A DNA stretch of 45,508 nt, from the NCBI GenBank assembly GCA_018818405.1, contig JAHIRY010000040.1, positions 1-45,508 of the forward strand, given 5' to 3'. The notes under the pieces were generated by a model. It was not told the DNA's origin and did no database searches. It saw only the letters and a list, made by a program, of their open reading frames with translations. The position numbers were made by a program, and so were the translations under genes. This stretch comes from Patescibacteria group bacterium (GTDB taxonomy: Bacteria > Patescibacteriota > Patescibacteriia > UBA11705 > JABHMO01). How positions within the stretch are numbered: the stretch's first letter is position 1; every line of letters starts with the position of its first letter. This document shows, piece by piece, positions 9,640 to 19,932 of the stretch.

Positions 9640-10335
9640 ATGGGAAACGGACAACAGCCGAATCATTTGAAAATGCTCTTTAACAAAAAACTGGAAGTGC
9701 TAATCAGCCTTATACTTTCCACGGCGACAGATTGTTTGCATCCGGAGGAAGTCAAACAACTTAAAAAATTACAAAGTATTGCCAATCGTGGAGAAAAAAC
9801 TTGGAAAAGATTGCCGCTGAATACTGCTTATGATGCTTTGTTTTTTATTTTGTACGGATTTCGACCGACGGATTCACCCGAAGACATAAAAACTCTTGTA
9901 ATTGCCAGGGCAAAAATCATTGTTGATTTGATAGCGGGACAAGACAAATGGAATTTCGCGGATTTATTTAAAATCTGGGAAAAAACCACCTTAATCGGTA
10001 ATACCGTTTCCAATCCGGTCATTGGCGCGCGGTTGGTGACATTGCACAGCTGGCAAAGATTCTATTCGAGAAATCCGACAAACACAATTATTAGCGAGAT
10101 ATTGAAAAAAAATTTCACCGACGCTTTCGAGCTGGCAGTCCCGGAAAAATTAAGCGGAAAGGCGCTGGTTGACCGATTGATCCAAAATAAATTCGAACCG
10201 GTATTATACCTCAGGTGCGCAAAACGAAATTTACGATTTGTCGTGCATGATTATGAAGAATCAAACGGCAACAAAGGCGCGATACTAACAGTTGAAGTTC
10301 CTCTGATTTCCAGACATCATCGCGAGCGATGGTAA
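9640..10335 (+). CDS. Hypothetical protein
   Basis: ORF with GAGGAGG SD 7 nt before ATG 9640; upstream TTGAAA-N17-TAAGTT with extended TG. Confidence 0.7.
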   Translation: MGNGQQPNHLKMLFNKKLEVLISLILSTATDCLHPEEVKQLKKLQSIANRGEKTWKRLPLNTAYDALFFILYGFRPTDSPEDIKTLVIARAKIIVDLIAGQDKWNFADLFKIWEKTTLIGNTVSNPVIGARLVTLHSWQRFYSRNPTNTIISEILKKNFTDAFELAVPEKLSGKALVDRLIQNKFEPVLYLRCAKRNLRFVVHDYEESNGNKGAILTVEVPLISRHHRERW

Positions 10336-10407
10336 AAACAGACCGCAGGCAAAATTGCCGGCGGTCATTTTTTTTATTTTTAACAATTCGCGAGAAAATA
10401 AATCGGA

Positions 10408-10548
10408 TTATTTTTTTCCTTTGCCCGATGTTCTCGCGGCGGCAAAACGGGAAGTCTCCGAACCGCTTACTTTGGAAGAAGAACCGCGCGGACGCAATTT
10501 GTCTTGTTTTCTCTGCAAATATTTTTGCATCGGTGTTTTGTATTTCAT
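10408..10548 (-). CDS. Putative small basic protein (46 aa)
   Basis: Below ORF-track cutoff; MKYKTPMQKYLQRKQDKLRPRGSSSKVSGSETSRFAAARTSGKGKK; extended -10 TGATATAAT just upstream. Confidence 0.4.
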   Translation of the reverse strand: MKYKTPMQKYLQRKQDKLRPRGSSSKVSGSETSRFAAARTSGKGKK

Positions 10549-10657
10549 ATGGCAATGTCATTATATCATTTTTTTCATTTAAAAATAAAATAATCGCGCA
10601 AATCTTTTTCATGTCTCTCAAAATATGCTATGATGAATTTGCAAATAAAAATAAAAT

Positions 10658-11995
10658 ATGGATTCAGAAAAAAAAGCTTATGTTGTCGCGGTTGACATGG
10701 GATACGGGCATCAGCGAGCCGCCTATCCCCTGCGAAAGCTGGCGGTAAATAATAAAATCATAAATACCAATTCTTATCGCGGCATTCCCAAGTCCGACAA
10801 AAAAATTTGGCAAACAAGCCGGGAATCTTATGAATTCATTTCCCGATTCAAAAAAGTTCCGATTCTGGGAGAAGCCGCTTTTGACATTTTTAATCTGCTG
10901 CAAAGCATTCCGGATTTTTATCCCAAAGAAAATCATTCCGCGCCGACGCTCCAGCTGAAATACATTTATCATCAAATAAAAAGCAAAAAATGGGGAAAAC
11001 ATTTAATTGAAGAGCTGAGCAAACGGCCGCGTCCGCTCATTACCACCTTTTTCATTCCCGCGCTAATGGCCGATTATTACAATTATCCCGGAGAAATTTA
11101 TTGTCTGGCGACTGACACGGACATCAGCCGGGCGTGGGTGCCGATGAATCCCAGGAAAAGCAAAATCAAATATTTCTCGCCGAGCTATCGCGTGGCGCAA
11201 CGATTGAAATTGTACGGAGTGGATGAAAAAAACATTTTTGTCACCGGATTTCCCCTGCCCGATGAAAATGTCGGAAAAAACGAAATCATTGTAAAACAAG
11301 ATCTGGGAAAAAGGCTTTTCAATCTGGATCCGAAAAAAATTTACACAAGCAACTACAGAGAAACTATTTGCCAACATCTGGGAGCAAAAAATTTTCCAAA
11401 GAAAAAATGCCATCCGCTAACGCTGATGTTCGCGGTCGGCGGAGCGGGCGCGCAAAGAGAATTGGGAATCAGAATTGTAAAAAGTTTGAGAAAAGAACTA
11501 AAAAACAACACTCTAAACATTATTCTGGTCGCCGGAATTCACAATGATGTCAGCCGATATTTTCGCAATGGCATCAACAAGCTCGGCCTGAGAAAAAATC
11601 TGGACAAAAACATTAAAATAATTTACAGCCAGAACAAGCATAATTATTTCAAGAAATTCAACCGCGCCCTGAGGCACACTGACATTCTCTGGACAAAACC
11701 GAGCGAACTCAGCTTTTACACCGCGCTCGGCCTGCCGATAATCATGTCCGAGCCGCTCGGATCGCAAGAAGTTTTCAATCAACACTGGCTAAGGACTCTC
11801 GGTTCGGGCATAAATCAGGAAAATCCCGATTATACCAATCAATGGCTCTTTGACTGGCTGGACAGCGGCTGGTTTGCCGAGGCGGCAATGGACGGATTTC
11901 TGAAAGCATCGACTCAAGGTCTGGAAAATATCGATAAAGTCATTCATCACAAACCGGAAAAAACGGTCAGCATTACAAAAGTATTGCCATATTAA
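10658..11995 (+). CDS. Glycosyltransferase-like protein (GT-B; MGDG synthase/UgtP-like)
   Basis: N-terminal DMGYGHQRAA resembles GxGHxxAA; GFPL, GGAG, TKPSEL and LGLPII resemble the GT28 C-terminal domain. Confidence 0.6.
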   Translation: MDSEKKAYVVAVDMGYGHQRAAYPLRKLAVNNKIINTNSYRGIPKSDKKIWQTSRESYEFISRFKKVPILGEAAFDIFNLLQSIPDFYPKENHSAPTLQLKYIYHQIKSKKWGKHLIEELSKRPRPLITTFFIPALMADYYNYPGEIYCLATDTDISRAWVPMNPRKSKIKYFSPSYRVAQRLKLYGVDEKNIFVTGFPLPDENVGKNEIIVKQDLGKRLFNLDPKKIYTSNYRETICQHLGAKNFPKKKCHPLTLMFAVGGAGAQRELGIRIVKSLRKELKNNTLNIILVAGIHNDVSRYFRNGINKLGLRKNLDKNIKIIYSQNKHNYFKKFNRALRHTDILWTKPSELSFYTALGLPIIMSEPLGSQEVFNQHWLRTLGSGINQENPDYTNQWLFDWLDSGWFAEAAMDGFLKASTQGLENIDKVIHHKPEKTVSITKVLPY

Positions 11996-12019
11996 AAAAG
12001 AGGCTGACGCCTCTTTTTT
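11994..12019. terminator. Bidirectional terminator between convergent genes
   Basis: AAAAAAGAGGC-TGAC-GCCTCTTTTTT. Confidence 0.85.
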
Positions 12020-12052
12020 GAAATAATCGAATCGGAAATAAAAAGATCGGGT

Positions 12053-13666
12053 TTATTTTTTCACGCAAGCGGAAACAAACGCGTTGAACAGCGGATGGCC
12101 GGTGAACGGTCGGGATTTGAATTCCGGATGAAACTGCGTGGCAACGAAAAACGGATGACTCGGAATTTCAATAATCTCGGCCAGCAGTCCGTCCGGAGAA
12201 TTTCCGGCGATCATCATTCCGTTTTTTTCTAATATTTCACGGTAATCATTGTTCAATTCATAGCGATGGCGGTGCCGCTCGGAAATATTTTCCATTCCGT
12301 AAGCGGAAAAAGATTTTGAACTTTTTTTCAGAACGCACGGATAATCGCCGAGCCGCATGGTCGCGCCGTAATTTTTCTGTTCTAGATTTTTTATTTGTTC
12401 CGGCATTACATGGATCACTTGATCTGACGCGTTCGGATCAATTTCCTGCGAAGTTGCGCCGGAAATTCCGCAAACATTGCGCGCGAATTCAATGAACGCG
12501 AGCTGCATGCCGTAGCACAATCCGAGAAAAGGAATATTATTTTCTCTCGCAAATTTAATGGCCATCATAATTCCTTCCGTTCCCCTCGCGCCAAATCCGC
12601 CGGGCACAACAATGCCGTCAACTTGCGGCAATTCATTTATTTTTTGCGGATCATTTTCATATTCTTCCGAATCAAGCCATAAAATTTTCGGAATTCTTCC
12701 ATTCAACCACGAAGCGTGATTGATGGATTCAATCACTGAAATGTAAGTGTCTCGGCAGGATTTCAAATTAAAATATTTTCCCACAATTCCAATAGTCACT
12801 TCATCGGACAAATTTTTTATTTTTTCCGATAACGATTCCCATTCGCTCAAATCCGACTGCCGAGCTTCCAGATTCATCGCTTTGAGCAACACCTCGCCCA
12901 AATTTTCTTTTTCAAAATTAACGGGAATATCGTAAATCGAATTCACATCAGGCGCGGAAATAATTCTTTCTTTCGTCAGACTGCAAACCGTGCTGATTGT
13001 ATTCTTGATAGCATCGCCGACCGGACTCTCTGCTCGGCACAAAATAAAATCAGGCGCTATTCCGGCTGAATTCAGAGTTCTGATCGCGTATTGCGTCGGC
13101 TTTGATTTTTGCTCGCCGAGAAGACGAGGCGTCGGCAGATAGCTGACCATGACAAAAGAAACATCTTCCGGATTTTTCGCTTTCATCATGCGCGCGGCTT
13201 CCAAAAACAATAATAATTGATATTCTCCGACAGTGCCGCCGAGCTCGACAATCGTCACTTCAGAGTCATTTTTTTCCTGGCATTGCATGATTCTCCGAAT
13301 AATTTCATTGGGAATATCGGGAACAACTTCCACATCTTCGCCATTATATTCCAGATTTCGTTCTCGGCGAATGACTTCCTGATATACTTGGCCGGTGGTG
13401 ATATAATTGTCGCGCGTGCAAATCTGATCGGTGAATCTTTCATAATTTCCCAGATCTTGATCAGCTTCCACTCCGTCCATTCCGACAAAAACTTCGCCGT
13501 GCTCAGCCGGACGAATGGTTCCCGCGTCAATATTCACATACATGTCGCACTTGATATTGGCAATGCGAAAACCTTTTGATTTTAAAATACTTCCCAGCGA
13601 AGCGGCGGCCACGCCTTTTCCCACAGAGGACATTACTCCGCCAACAACAAAAATAATTTTTTTCAT
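12053..13666 (-). CDS. pyrG: CTP synthase
   Basis: GGVMSSVGKG, VPGGFGARG, GLCYGMQ, RHRHRYE, QFHPEF. Confidence 0.98.
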   Translation of the reverse strand: MKKIIFVVGGVMSSVGKGVAAASLGSILKSKGFRIANIKCDMYVNIDAGTIRPAEHGEVFVGMDGVEADQDLGNYERFTDQICTRDNYITTGQVYQEVIRRERNLEYNGEDVEVVPDIPNEIIRRIMQCQEKNDSEVTIVELGGTVGEYQLLLFLEAARMMKAKNPEDVSFVMVSYLPTPRLLGEQKSKPTQYAIRTLNSAGIAPDFILCRAESPVGDAIKNTISTVCSLTKERIISAPDVNSIYDIPVNFEKENLGEVLLKAMNLEARQSDLSEWESLSEKIKNLSDEVTIGIVGKYFNLKSCRDTYISVIESINHASWLNGRIPKILWLDSEEYENDPQKINELPQVDGIVVPGGFGARGTEGIMMAIKFARENNIPFLGLCYGMQLAFIEFARNVCGISGATSQEIDPNASDQVIHVMPEQIKNLEQKNYGATMRLGDYPCVLKKSSKSFSAYGMENISERHRHRYELNNDYREILEKNGMMIAGNSPDGLLAEIIEIPSHPFFVATQFHPEFKSRPFTGHPLFNAFVSACVKK

Positions 13667-13692
13667 AATTCAAACAACTGAAATTTTATTTT

Positions 13693-14139
13693 TTACGAAA
13701 CGATTTTCGCGGAAATGCGCAGTTCGCTTTTCAAACCCGGCGCAACATCAATGCCGATTTTGTATTCACCTTCCTTTTTTATCGGCTGTTCCAATTTTAT
13801 TTGTTTCACTTTCAAATCAATTCCCTGTTCTTCCAAGGATTTTATTATTTTTTCGCGAGTGACGCCGGCAAAAAAAGTTCCTTTTTCATCGGCTTTTTCC
13901 GAAAAACTTATGACAGTTGATCTCAGACGAGAGGCCAATTCTTCCGGATTCACCGATTTTTTAATTTTCTTTTTTTCAACAGCCTTTTCAGTTGCTCGCA
14001 CTTTTGTTATTTCTCTTTCTGTGGCAAGGTTTGCCAATCTGCTCGGCAGTAAATAATTTCTCGCGTAACCGACGGCAACTTCTTTCACCTCGCCTTTTTT
14101 CCCCAACAAATTAATGTTTTTCAATAAGATCACTTTCAT
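13693..14139 (-). CDS. rplI: 50S ribosomal protein L9
   Basis: MKVILL...[21 protein letters not shown]. Confidence 0.97.
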   Translation of the reverse strand: MKVILLKNINLLGKKGEVKEVAVGYARNYLLPSRLANLATEREITKVRATEKAVEKKKIKKSVNPEELASRLRSTVISFSEKADEKGTFFAGVTREKIIKSLEEQGIDLKVKQIKLEQPIKKEGEYKIGIDVAPGLKSELRISAKIVS

Positions 14140-14167
14140 AAAATTTTACAATTATCCTCCTCATTAA

Positions 14168-15433
14168 TTATTTCTTTAGCAATTCCAGCGCTTTGTCCAA
14201 TTGAGGATCTTTCTTGTTTTCATAATCTTCCTTTGTCAGATCCACTTCAATGTCAGGCGCGATTCCTTCTTCATTGATGCTCCGGCCGTTCGGAGTCAGC
14301 CATTTCGCGATCGTGATTTTCAGAGCAGATCCGTCAGGCAATTTTTTCAACGCTTGAACAGAACCTTTGCCAAAACTTTTCTTTCCCACAATATCCGCGA
14401 TTTTGTAATCCTGAAACGCGCCGGCGACAATTTCCGAAGCGGATGCGCTGCCTTCATTGATCAGCACAACCGTTTTTATTCCTTTGAGCGGACTATTATT
14501 TTCCGCGTTGTATTTTATTTCATTTCCATCACCCATTTTTTCAATCAAAAGCAAATCATCCTGAATCCAAGCTGAGGAAATATTGAGTGCTGTATCCAGA
14601 AACCCGCCGGGATTGTTGCGCAAATCCAGAATAATTCCCTGAACATTTTTTGATTTTGCTTCTCTGACAAATTGAGAAAACAAATCATCAGTATCGCCGT
14701 TGAAACCGCTCATTTCAACATAAGCGATATTATTTTCCAAAAATTTCCACTTTACGCTTTTCATTTTGATTGTATCTCGCAGAATCTTCACATCGCGCGC
14801 TTCTTCTTCTCCGCTCACAATCAACAATGTCACTTCAGTTCCTTTCGAACCGCGAATCAGATGAACCACTTTGTCGAGCGGCTCGCCCACAACTTCCTTG
14901 CCGTCAACCGCCAATATTTTATCGCCGGACTTGAGTCCCGCTCGGCTGGCCGGCGTATCAGGCAGCGGCGCTATCACGGTAGCGATGCCGTCCTTGAGTC
15001 CGAGTTGCGCTCCGATGCCTTCAAATTCTCCGGAAATTTGCAACTCAAATTCTTCATTTGTTTTCGGATCAAAGAAAACGGTGTAAGGATCATCAAGACC
15101 GGCGACCAATCCTTCGAGCGCGCTGTAAAATATTTTTTGTTCATCAATCTTTTCCTTGTCAACAAAATCACTGTTTATCAGAGTCCAAACTTGTTCCACC
15201 AAACTATTTTGAAAAACTTTCGGCAGTTCCGTTTCCTTGTATATGTCAGGATTCAATTTTAAATTTATTTTTCCGCTGGTTATTTTTCCGATAACAAATC
15301 CGCCGACCGAAGAAATTATTATTAAGACAATTATTCCGATAATCGCCAATCCGAATCGTAAATTTTTCTTTTTTGCGCTGGCTTGCATAGTTATTGAAAC
15401 ATTGGAAAATTCCGCAAATGTTTTTTTCCGCAT
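14168..15433 (-). CDS. ctpA: S41 carboxy-terminal processing protease with PDZ domain
   Basis: LDDPYT, GIGA, LDLRNNPGG, SASASEI (Ser), FGKGSVQ (Lys); real start may be near 15388. Confidence 0.93.
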   Translation of the reverse strand: MRKKTFAEFSNVSITMQASAKKKNLRFGLAIIGIIVLIIISSVGGFVIGKITSGKINLKLNPDIYKETELPKVFQNSLVEQVWTLINSDFVDKEKIDEQKIFYSALEGLVAGLDDPYTVFFDPKTNEEFELQISGEFEGIGAQLGLKDGIATVIAPLPDTPASRAGLKSGDKILAVDGKEVVGEPLDKVVHLIRGSKGTEVTLLIVSGEEEARDVKILRDTIKMKSVKWKFLENNIAYVEMSGFNGDTDDLFSQFVREAKSKNVQGIILDLRNNPGGFLDTALNISSAWIQDDLLLIEKMGDGNEIKYNAENNSPLKGIKTVVLINEGSASASEIVAGAFQDYKIADIVGKKSFGKGSVQALKKLPDGSALKITIAKWLTPNGRSINEEGIAPDIEVDLTKEDYENKKDPQLDKALELLKK

Positions 15434-15483
15434 AAAGATACGGCAATAAAATATTTATCGAAATTTTCAAACTATTTATTTTA

Positions 15484-16737
15484 TTATTCCACTCGTTTGA
15501 TATCAGCGCCGACATTTCCCAGCCGTTCTTCAATCTTTTCATAACCGCGGTCGATCTGATAAATATTATCAATTTCAGTTGTGCATTCCGCGACCAATCC
15601 GGCCAGAACCAAGGAAAAACCGGCGCGCAGATCCGGACTTTCCAGCCGGCGGCCGTACAATGGAGTCGGTCCGTTCACAATCACGCGATGAGGATCGCAC
15701 ATAATTATTTTCGCGCCCATCTGATTCAACTTGTCAGTATAAAACAATCGGCCTTCAAAAATCGTTTCATGAACCAAGCTGACGCCCTTTGCCTGAGTCA
15801 GCAATACGGTGAACGGCTGTTGCAAATCAGTAATAAATCCGGGATATTCATGCGTGACAATATCCACGGCTCTGATATTTTTTGACGCAGTGACTTCAAT
15901 CCAATCTTTGCCGACTTTGTAATCAACTCCCATTTTGTCAAACATGGAAAACAAAGATTCCAAATGATCCGGACGGCAATTCACGACGCGCAGAGGATTG
16001 CCGACCAGCGCTCCCAAAATGGCAAAACTGCCGGCCTCAACTCGATCGGGAATTATTTCAACTTCTCCGGCGTTCAATTTTTTCACGCCCTCAATAATGA
16101 TAGTGGAAGTGCCGGCGCCGGAAATTTTCGCGCCGCAAGCATTCAAATATTCAGCCAGCGCCGGAATTTCAGGCTCGGCCGCGGAATTTTTCAACACGGT
16201 TTTTCCCTCCGCCAGAGCAGCGGTCATCATCATCACTTCAGTGGCGGTGACGGAAATTTTGGGAAAGAAAAAATTCATTCCTTTTAATTTCACTGCTTTG
16301 AAATGATAGCTGTCGTTTTCCTCAGTTATTTTCGCTCCGAATTTTGCAAATCCATCGATAAACAAATCTATCGGACGCTGTCCGATGGCGCAACCGCCCG
16401 GATGCGGCAATTTGACTTCGCCTTTTCGGAGGAGAATCGGACCGATGAGCAGAATGGCGGCTCGAATTTTTTTCACCAATCCGGGATCAAGCTCGGTTGA
16501 AGTTATTTCCGCTGTTTGCATTTTTACGGTTGTTCCTTGCCGCCGGATCTTGCTGCCCACGGATTGGCACAATTCAAGCAGCCGATCAACCTCTTCAATG
16601 TTCGGAACATTTTTCATTGTAATTTCCTTTTCCGACAAGAGCGAAGCGGCAATCACTTTCAACGCTTCATTTTTCGCGCCGTGCACGGAAATTTCTCCTT
16701 TTAATTTTTTCCCGCCGTTTATAATGAATTTTGACAT
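15484..16737 (-). CDS. murA: UDP-N-acetylglucosamine 1-carboxyvinyltransferase
   Basis: GAKNEAL, PGGCAIGQRP (catalytic Cys), DRVEAGS, SPDLRAG, IDRGYE. Confidence 0.97.
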   Translation of the reverse strand: MSKFIINGGKKLKGEISVHGAKNEALKVIAASLLSEKEITMKNVPNIEEVDRLLELCQSVGSKIRRQGTTVKMQTAEITSTELDPGLVKKIRAAILLIGPILLRKGEVKLPHPGGCAIGQRPIDLFIDGFAKFGAKITEENDSYHFKAVKLKGMNFFFPKISVTATEVMMMTAALAEGKTVLKNSAAEPEIPALAEYLNACGAKISGAGTSTIIIEGVKKLNAGEVEIIPDRVEAGSFAILGALVGNPLRVVNCRPDHLESLFSMFDKMGVDYKVGKDWIEVTASKNIRAVDIVTHEYPGFITDLQQPFTVLLTQAKGVSLVHETIFEGRLFYTDKLNQMGAKIIMCDPHRVIVNGPTPLYGRRLESPDLRAGFSLVLAGLVAECTTEIDNIYQIDRGYEKIEERLGNVGADIKRVE

Positions 16738-16803
16738 AAATTTATCACAAAAAAGTAATATAAATTATACAATGCCAGTTTATCACAAATTTTTCCTAAA
16801 ATA

Positions 16804-16827
16804 AAGAAGGGGCTTTCACCCCTTCTT
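16804..16827. terminator. Terminator hairpin downstream of the 957-aa gene
   Basis: AAGAAGGGG-CTTTCA-CCCCTTCTT. Confidence 0.7.
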
Positions 16828-16842
16828 GTATCTCTAATTCAC

Positions 16843-19716
16843 TTAAAATCCATATTCCAATTTATCCGGCTCTGCCGGAAAAATCTGATCAGGTTCAGGC
16901 AGGTCTGTCTGCCAAGCAAATTTAACATAATCAACATCTGCGGTTAATCGCTCTTCACCTTGCGCGACCAGCGTTTCCATTTCTTCTGAAGATCCCAATC
17001 CCAATGATTCAGGAGCGGCTGCCGCCGGCGCCTCTAAAACAGCGGGGCTCGGAACCTCAACATCAGGAACCACTCGCATAAATTTCATTGCGTGCTCGGA
17101 AATATGTTCTTTTCCAATACTCAATTCCGGCAATCCGCCGGGACCTTTGCCCGGAACAAGTTCCAGGTGCAATCCCGGATGCGGAGTTTTTACATAGCCC
17201 CATTCTTCGGGCGTGAATTTGAATTTCAACTCTTTCAGCATATTTACTTTCCAATCATGAATTTGCTGAGCGCTCATCCCCTTGAACATTTCCGGATTTT
17301 GATTGATCAATCTGCTCATTCCATGCAAGAAACCTTCTCCTGAAGTAAGCTCTGTTCCCAGCTTTCCCATCGGAGCAATGGCTTCCACCGCTTCGGGCTC
17401 GATTTCGCCCGCTCCGCCCGGTCCTTCAATCGGCGCTTTTGCCGGAGCTGCTTCGGCGAATTTTCCGTGCAGATATTCCTGGATAATTCCGCTGCCGACC
17501 AGCAATCCGATTCCGATCGCCGTTGCTTTCATGGCCGCGTCAGCGTAAATCGCTTTTTTGGTTCTTTCTTCAATGGCTTTGTCGGTTGCCGCCATGTTCT
17601 CCTTGAAGAACGCGGCCAGCGCCGCTTTTTTATTTTCAATTGTTCCTTCCTGCTGTTCCAGCATTTTTATCTTTTCTTTCATTTCCGCTCGCGCTTCTTC
17701 TTCCGCTTCTTTGGTTATTATTTCATTGTCATCCAGAACAGACACCAATTCCACTTGAACTTTCGTATCCAGCTCCCAGTCGGATTCCGCCAGTTTGCTC
17801 TCATCAATTTCCTCCGGCTTTTTTCCTTTCCAAGCTTCAATGATCTTGCGATCAAGCATTTCCATTCCCGGACCGTAGGCGGTGACTCCGCTGTTCTTCT
17901 CGATAAATGTCTGAACATCGGGCGGAAGCTTGTCGAATTTATCCTGCAATTCGCCGGAAACTTTTGCCCATCGTTTATAATTCTCAGTTGTCGGATCATC
18001 TCCCTTTTGCGGAGACAGCTTGTTGTCCATCAAATATTTCAGTTTCAAATAACCAATGGCTGCGGCGACTTTTTCTTGAATCTTTTCATTTTTCCTGTCT
18101 TCGATCGCATCATTGAGCAATTCCCGTTTCGGACTGTCCGGCGGAGCTTCCGTCTCGTCGGCTTTGAGAGCTTCTTTCATTCGCTTGTATTTTTCTTTCA
18201 TCAAAAGCCGATATGTGGGATTTTCAGATGGTTTATATCCCTGCAAAACAGGCACTGATTCAAAATAAGTGATCATTTTGTCCAGATCCGCATTGTCCAT
18301 TTGCGGCGCTTCTCTGGCTTCGAGTTCAAGCAATTTCTCATTGTACTTGTCGCGAGCGCCCTCTTTGTTGCTGCGCCTTTTCATCCAAGTAATATTATTT
18401 TCCGCGACAAAAGAATCCATTTCTTTCTGGCTTTCGGCTGATAATTTAATTTTCGGCGCCAATGCGTCCGCTCCTTTTTTCATCAAATCATAGGAACCGA
18501 CTCCGGCTCCGACACCGCCAATGATTTTTCTGTAAGCCAGAACTCCGGGAAGCGCGCCAATGGGACCGGCCAAAAGAAATCCGCCGCCAACCAATCCGAC
18601 GGCAACGCCCAGTCTCAGGACTCCGGTTTTTTTCCACCATTTGTAAAATTTATTTCCCCAGCCTTTTTCTTTTGCAAAAGCCTCGGCTCTGTCATCAGCC
18701 AGCAATGCTTGTTCAGCCAGCATGAGCTTAACATTTTCCGCCACTTCCACCGCTCTTTCCGCGGAATATTCTTTGTACGCGTCATTGCGTTCCATTTGCG
18801 ACTGCTTGTATCCGCCTCGATCAACCACTCGGCGCATCCAGCCGGTAATTCCGCTGTATTTATTAGTGAGAGCCGCGTCTTTTTTCGCAAAGCTTGCTCG
18901 CAGTTCATCCAAATTAGGCTCAGCAGCCGTTTCAGCGCCGGATTCAGGAGTCGGCGGTTCTGTCGGCGGAGCTTCCGGAGTTGAGGGCGGAGCTTCCGGC
19001 AATTCCGGCGGAGCTTCAGGTTTTTCTGGCGGAGCTTTTGTTTTTTCCGTCGGAATTTCAGGAGTTTCAGGAACAATTTTCGTCGGCGCTTCCGGTTTCT
19101 TCGGCGGAGTTTTCGGAATTTCAGTCATCTCAGGTAAACTAATATCTTCCTCGCCGACATGCACGGGCGGTTCTTTTAAAATATCCATTACTTTATCACG
19201 CAATCCGAGGTCATCGGTAATTGTCCGCACTGCCGGGCTGTCAGGCGTTGCGCCTTCATCTCTAATTGCTTCCAATCGTTCGATAAGTTTATAAGTTGCA
19301 ATATTTCGTCTGCCATGCGAATCGCGAAAACTGCCGATCTTTCGCACTGAATCAATCAATGAATCAATATCAGTTGCTTCTCGAATCAATTTTGTCGCTT
19401 CGCGCGTCGGCATTTCTTCTTTTTTCACTCTTTTTGCCGGCTTGGCCGCGCCCTCTTCGAGCGCTGTCAGGCGCGCTTCCAGTTCAGCTCTTTTTTGTTC
19501 CGCTGTTTTTCGCAAAGGTTGAGCTTCTTTTTCAGCGCCGGTATCTTCCAGCTTTCCCAAAACCGAATCAAAATGGGCAAGCGTTGCCTGCGCCTCTTTC
19601 ATTATTTCTTCGCGCAATTCAGCCGGCGTCTTTTCTTTTTTTTGTTCCGGCGCTTCTCTGGCCGCTTCAGCTGTTTCAAACGGCTTTTTTTGCACGGATT
19701 CTGCTTTTCTAGCCAT
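16843..19716 (-). CDS. Large hypothetical membrane-associated protein with Pro/Glu-rich repeats
   Basis: 957 aa; 7-aa xAPPxxP repeats (GGCGGAGCTT x4 near 18966-19037); Gly-rich hydrophobic segments. Confidence 0.85.
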   Translation of the reverse strand: MARKAESVQKKPFETAEAAREAPEQKKEKTPAELREEIMKEAQATLAHFDSVLGKLEDTGAEKEAQPLRKTAEQKRAELEARLTALEEGAAKPAKRVKKEEMPTREATKLIREATDIDSLIDSVRKIGSFRDSHGRRNIATYKLIERLEAIRDEGATPDSPAVRTITDDLGLRDKVMDILKEPPVHVGEEDISLPEMTEIPKTPPKKPEAPTKIVPETPEIPTEKTKAPPEKPEAPPELPEAPPSTPEAPPTEPPTPESGAETAAEPNLDELRASFAKKDAALTNKYSGITGWMRRVVDRGGYKQSQMERNDAYKEYSAERAVEVAENVKLMLAEQALLADDRAEAFAKEKGWGNKFYKWWKKTGVLRLGVAVGLVGGGFLLAGPIGALPGVLAYRKIIGGVGAGVGSYDLMKKGADALAPKIKLSAESQKEMDSFVAENNITWMKRRSNKEGARDKYNEKLLELEAREAPQMDNADLDKMITYFESVPVLQGYKPSENPTYRLLMKEKYKRMKEALKADETEAPPDSPKRELLNDAIEDRKNEKIQEKVAAAIGYLKLKYLMDNKLSPQKGDDPTTENYKRWAKVSGELQDKFDKLPPDVQTFIEKNSGVTAYGPGMEMLDRKIIEAWKGKKPEEIDESKLAESDWELDTKVQVELVSVLDDNEIITKEAEEEARAEMKEKIKMLEQQEGTIENKKAALAAFFKENMAATDKAIEERTKKAIYADAAMKATAIGIGLLVGSGIIQEYLHGKFAEAAPAKAPIEGPGGAGEIEPEAVEAIAPMGKLGTELTSGEGFLHGMSRLINQNPEMFKGMSAQQIHDWKVNMLKELKFKFTPEEWGYVKTPHPGLHLELVPGKGPGGLPELSIGKEHISEHAMKFMRVVPDVEVPSPAVLEAPAAAAPESLGLGSSEEMETLVAQGEERLTADVDYVKFAWQTDLPEPDQIFPAEPDKLEYGF

Positions 19717-19737
19717 ACTTTTTTAAAATTTATTTTT

Positions 19738-19920
19738 TTATTCGGAAATATTTTTTATGTTTTGCATTGCCTCCGCGAGTTTGCCTTTTTCAATTTTCGC
19801 AAGCTCTGCTTTTATGAACGCATTGCCTTCGGATTCCAATTCATTTATCGCCTTTACAAATTCTTCATAAGCGGCGTTCATCTTTTCAACAATGATTGCT
19901 TGTTCGTTTTCATTTGACAT
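19738..19920 (-). CDS. Small coiled-coil hypothetical protein
   Basis: 60 aa, tightly packed between co-oriented genes, helical E/K-rich. Confidence 0.7.
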   Translation of the reverse strand: MSNENEQAIIVEKMNAAYEEFVKAINELESEGNAFIKAELAKIEKGKLAEAMQNIKNISE

Positions 19921-19932
19921 AAAAAATATAAC

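Noticed and set aside
8771-16737. Functional link between zeta toxin and nearby murA
   Set aside because: They are 6 kb apart with unrelated core genes between; proximity is likely coincidental.
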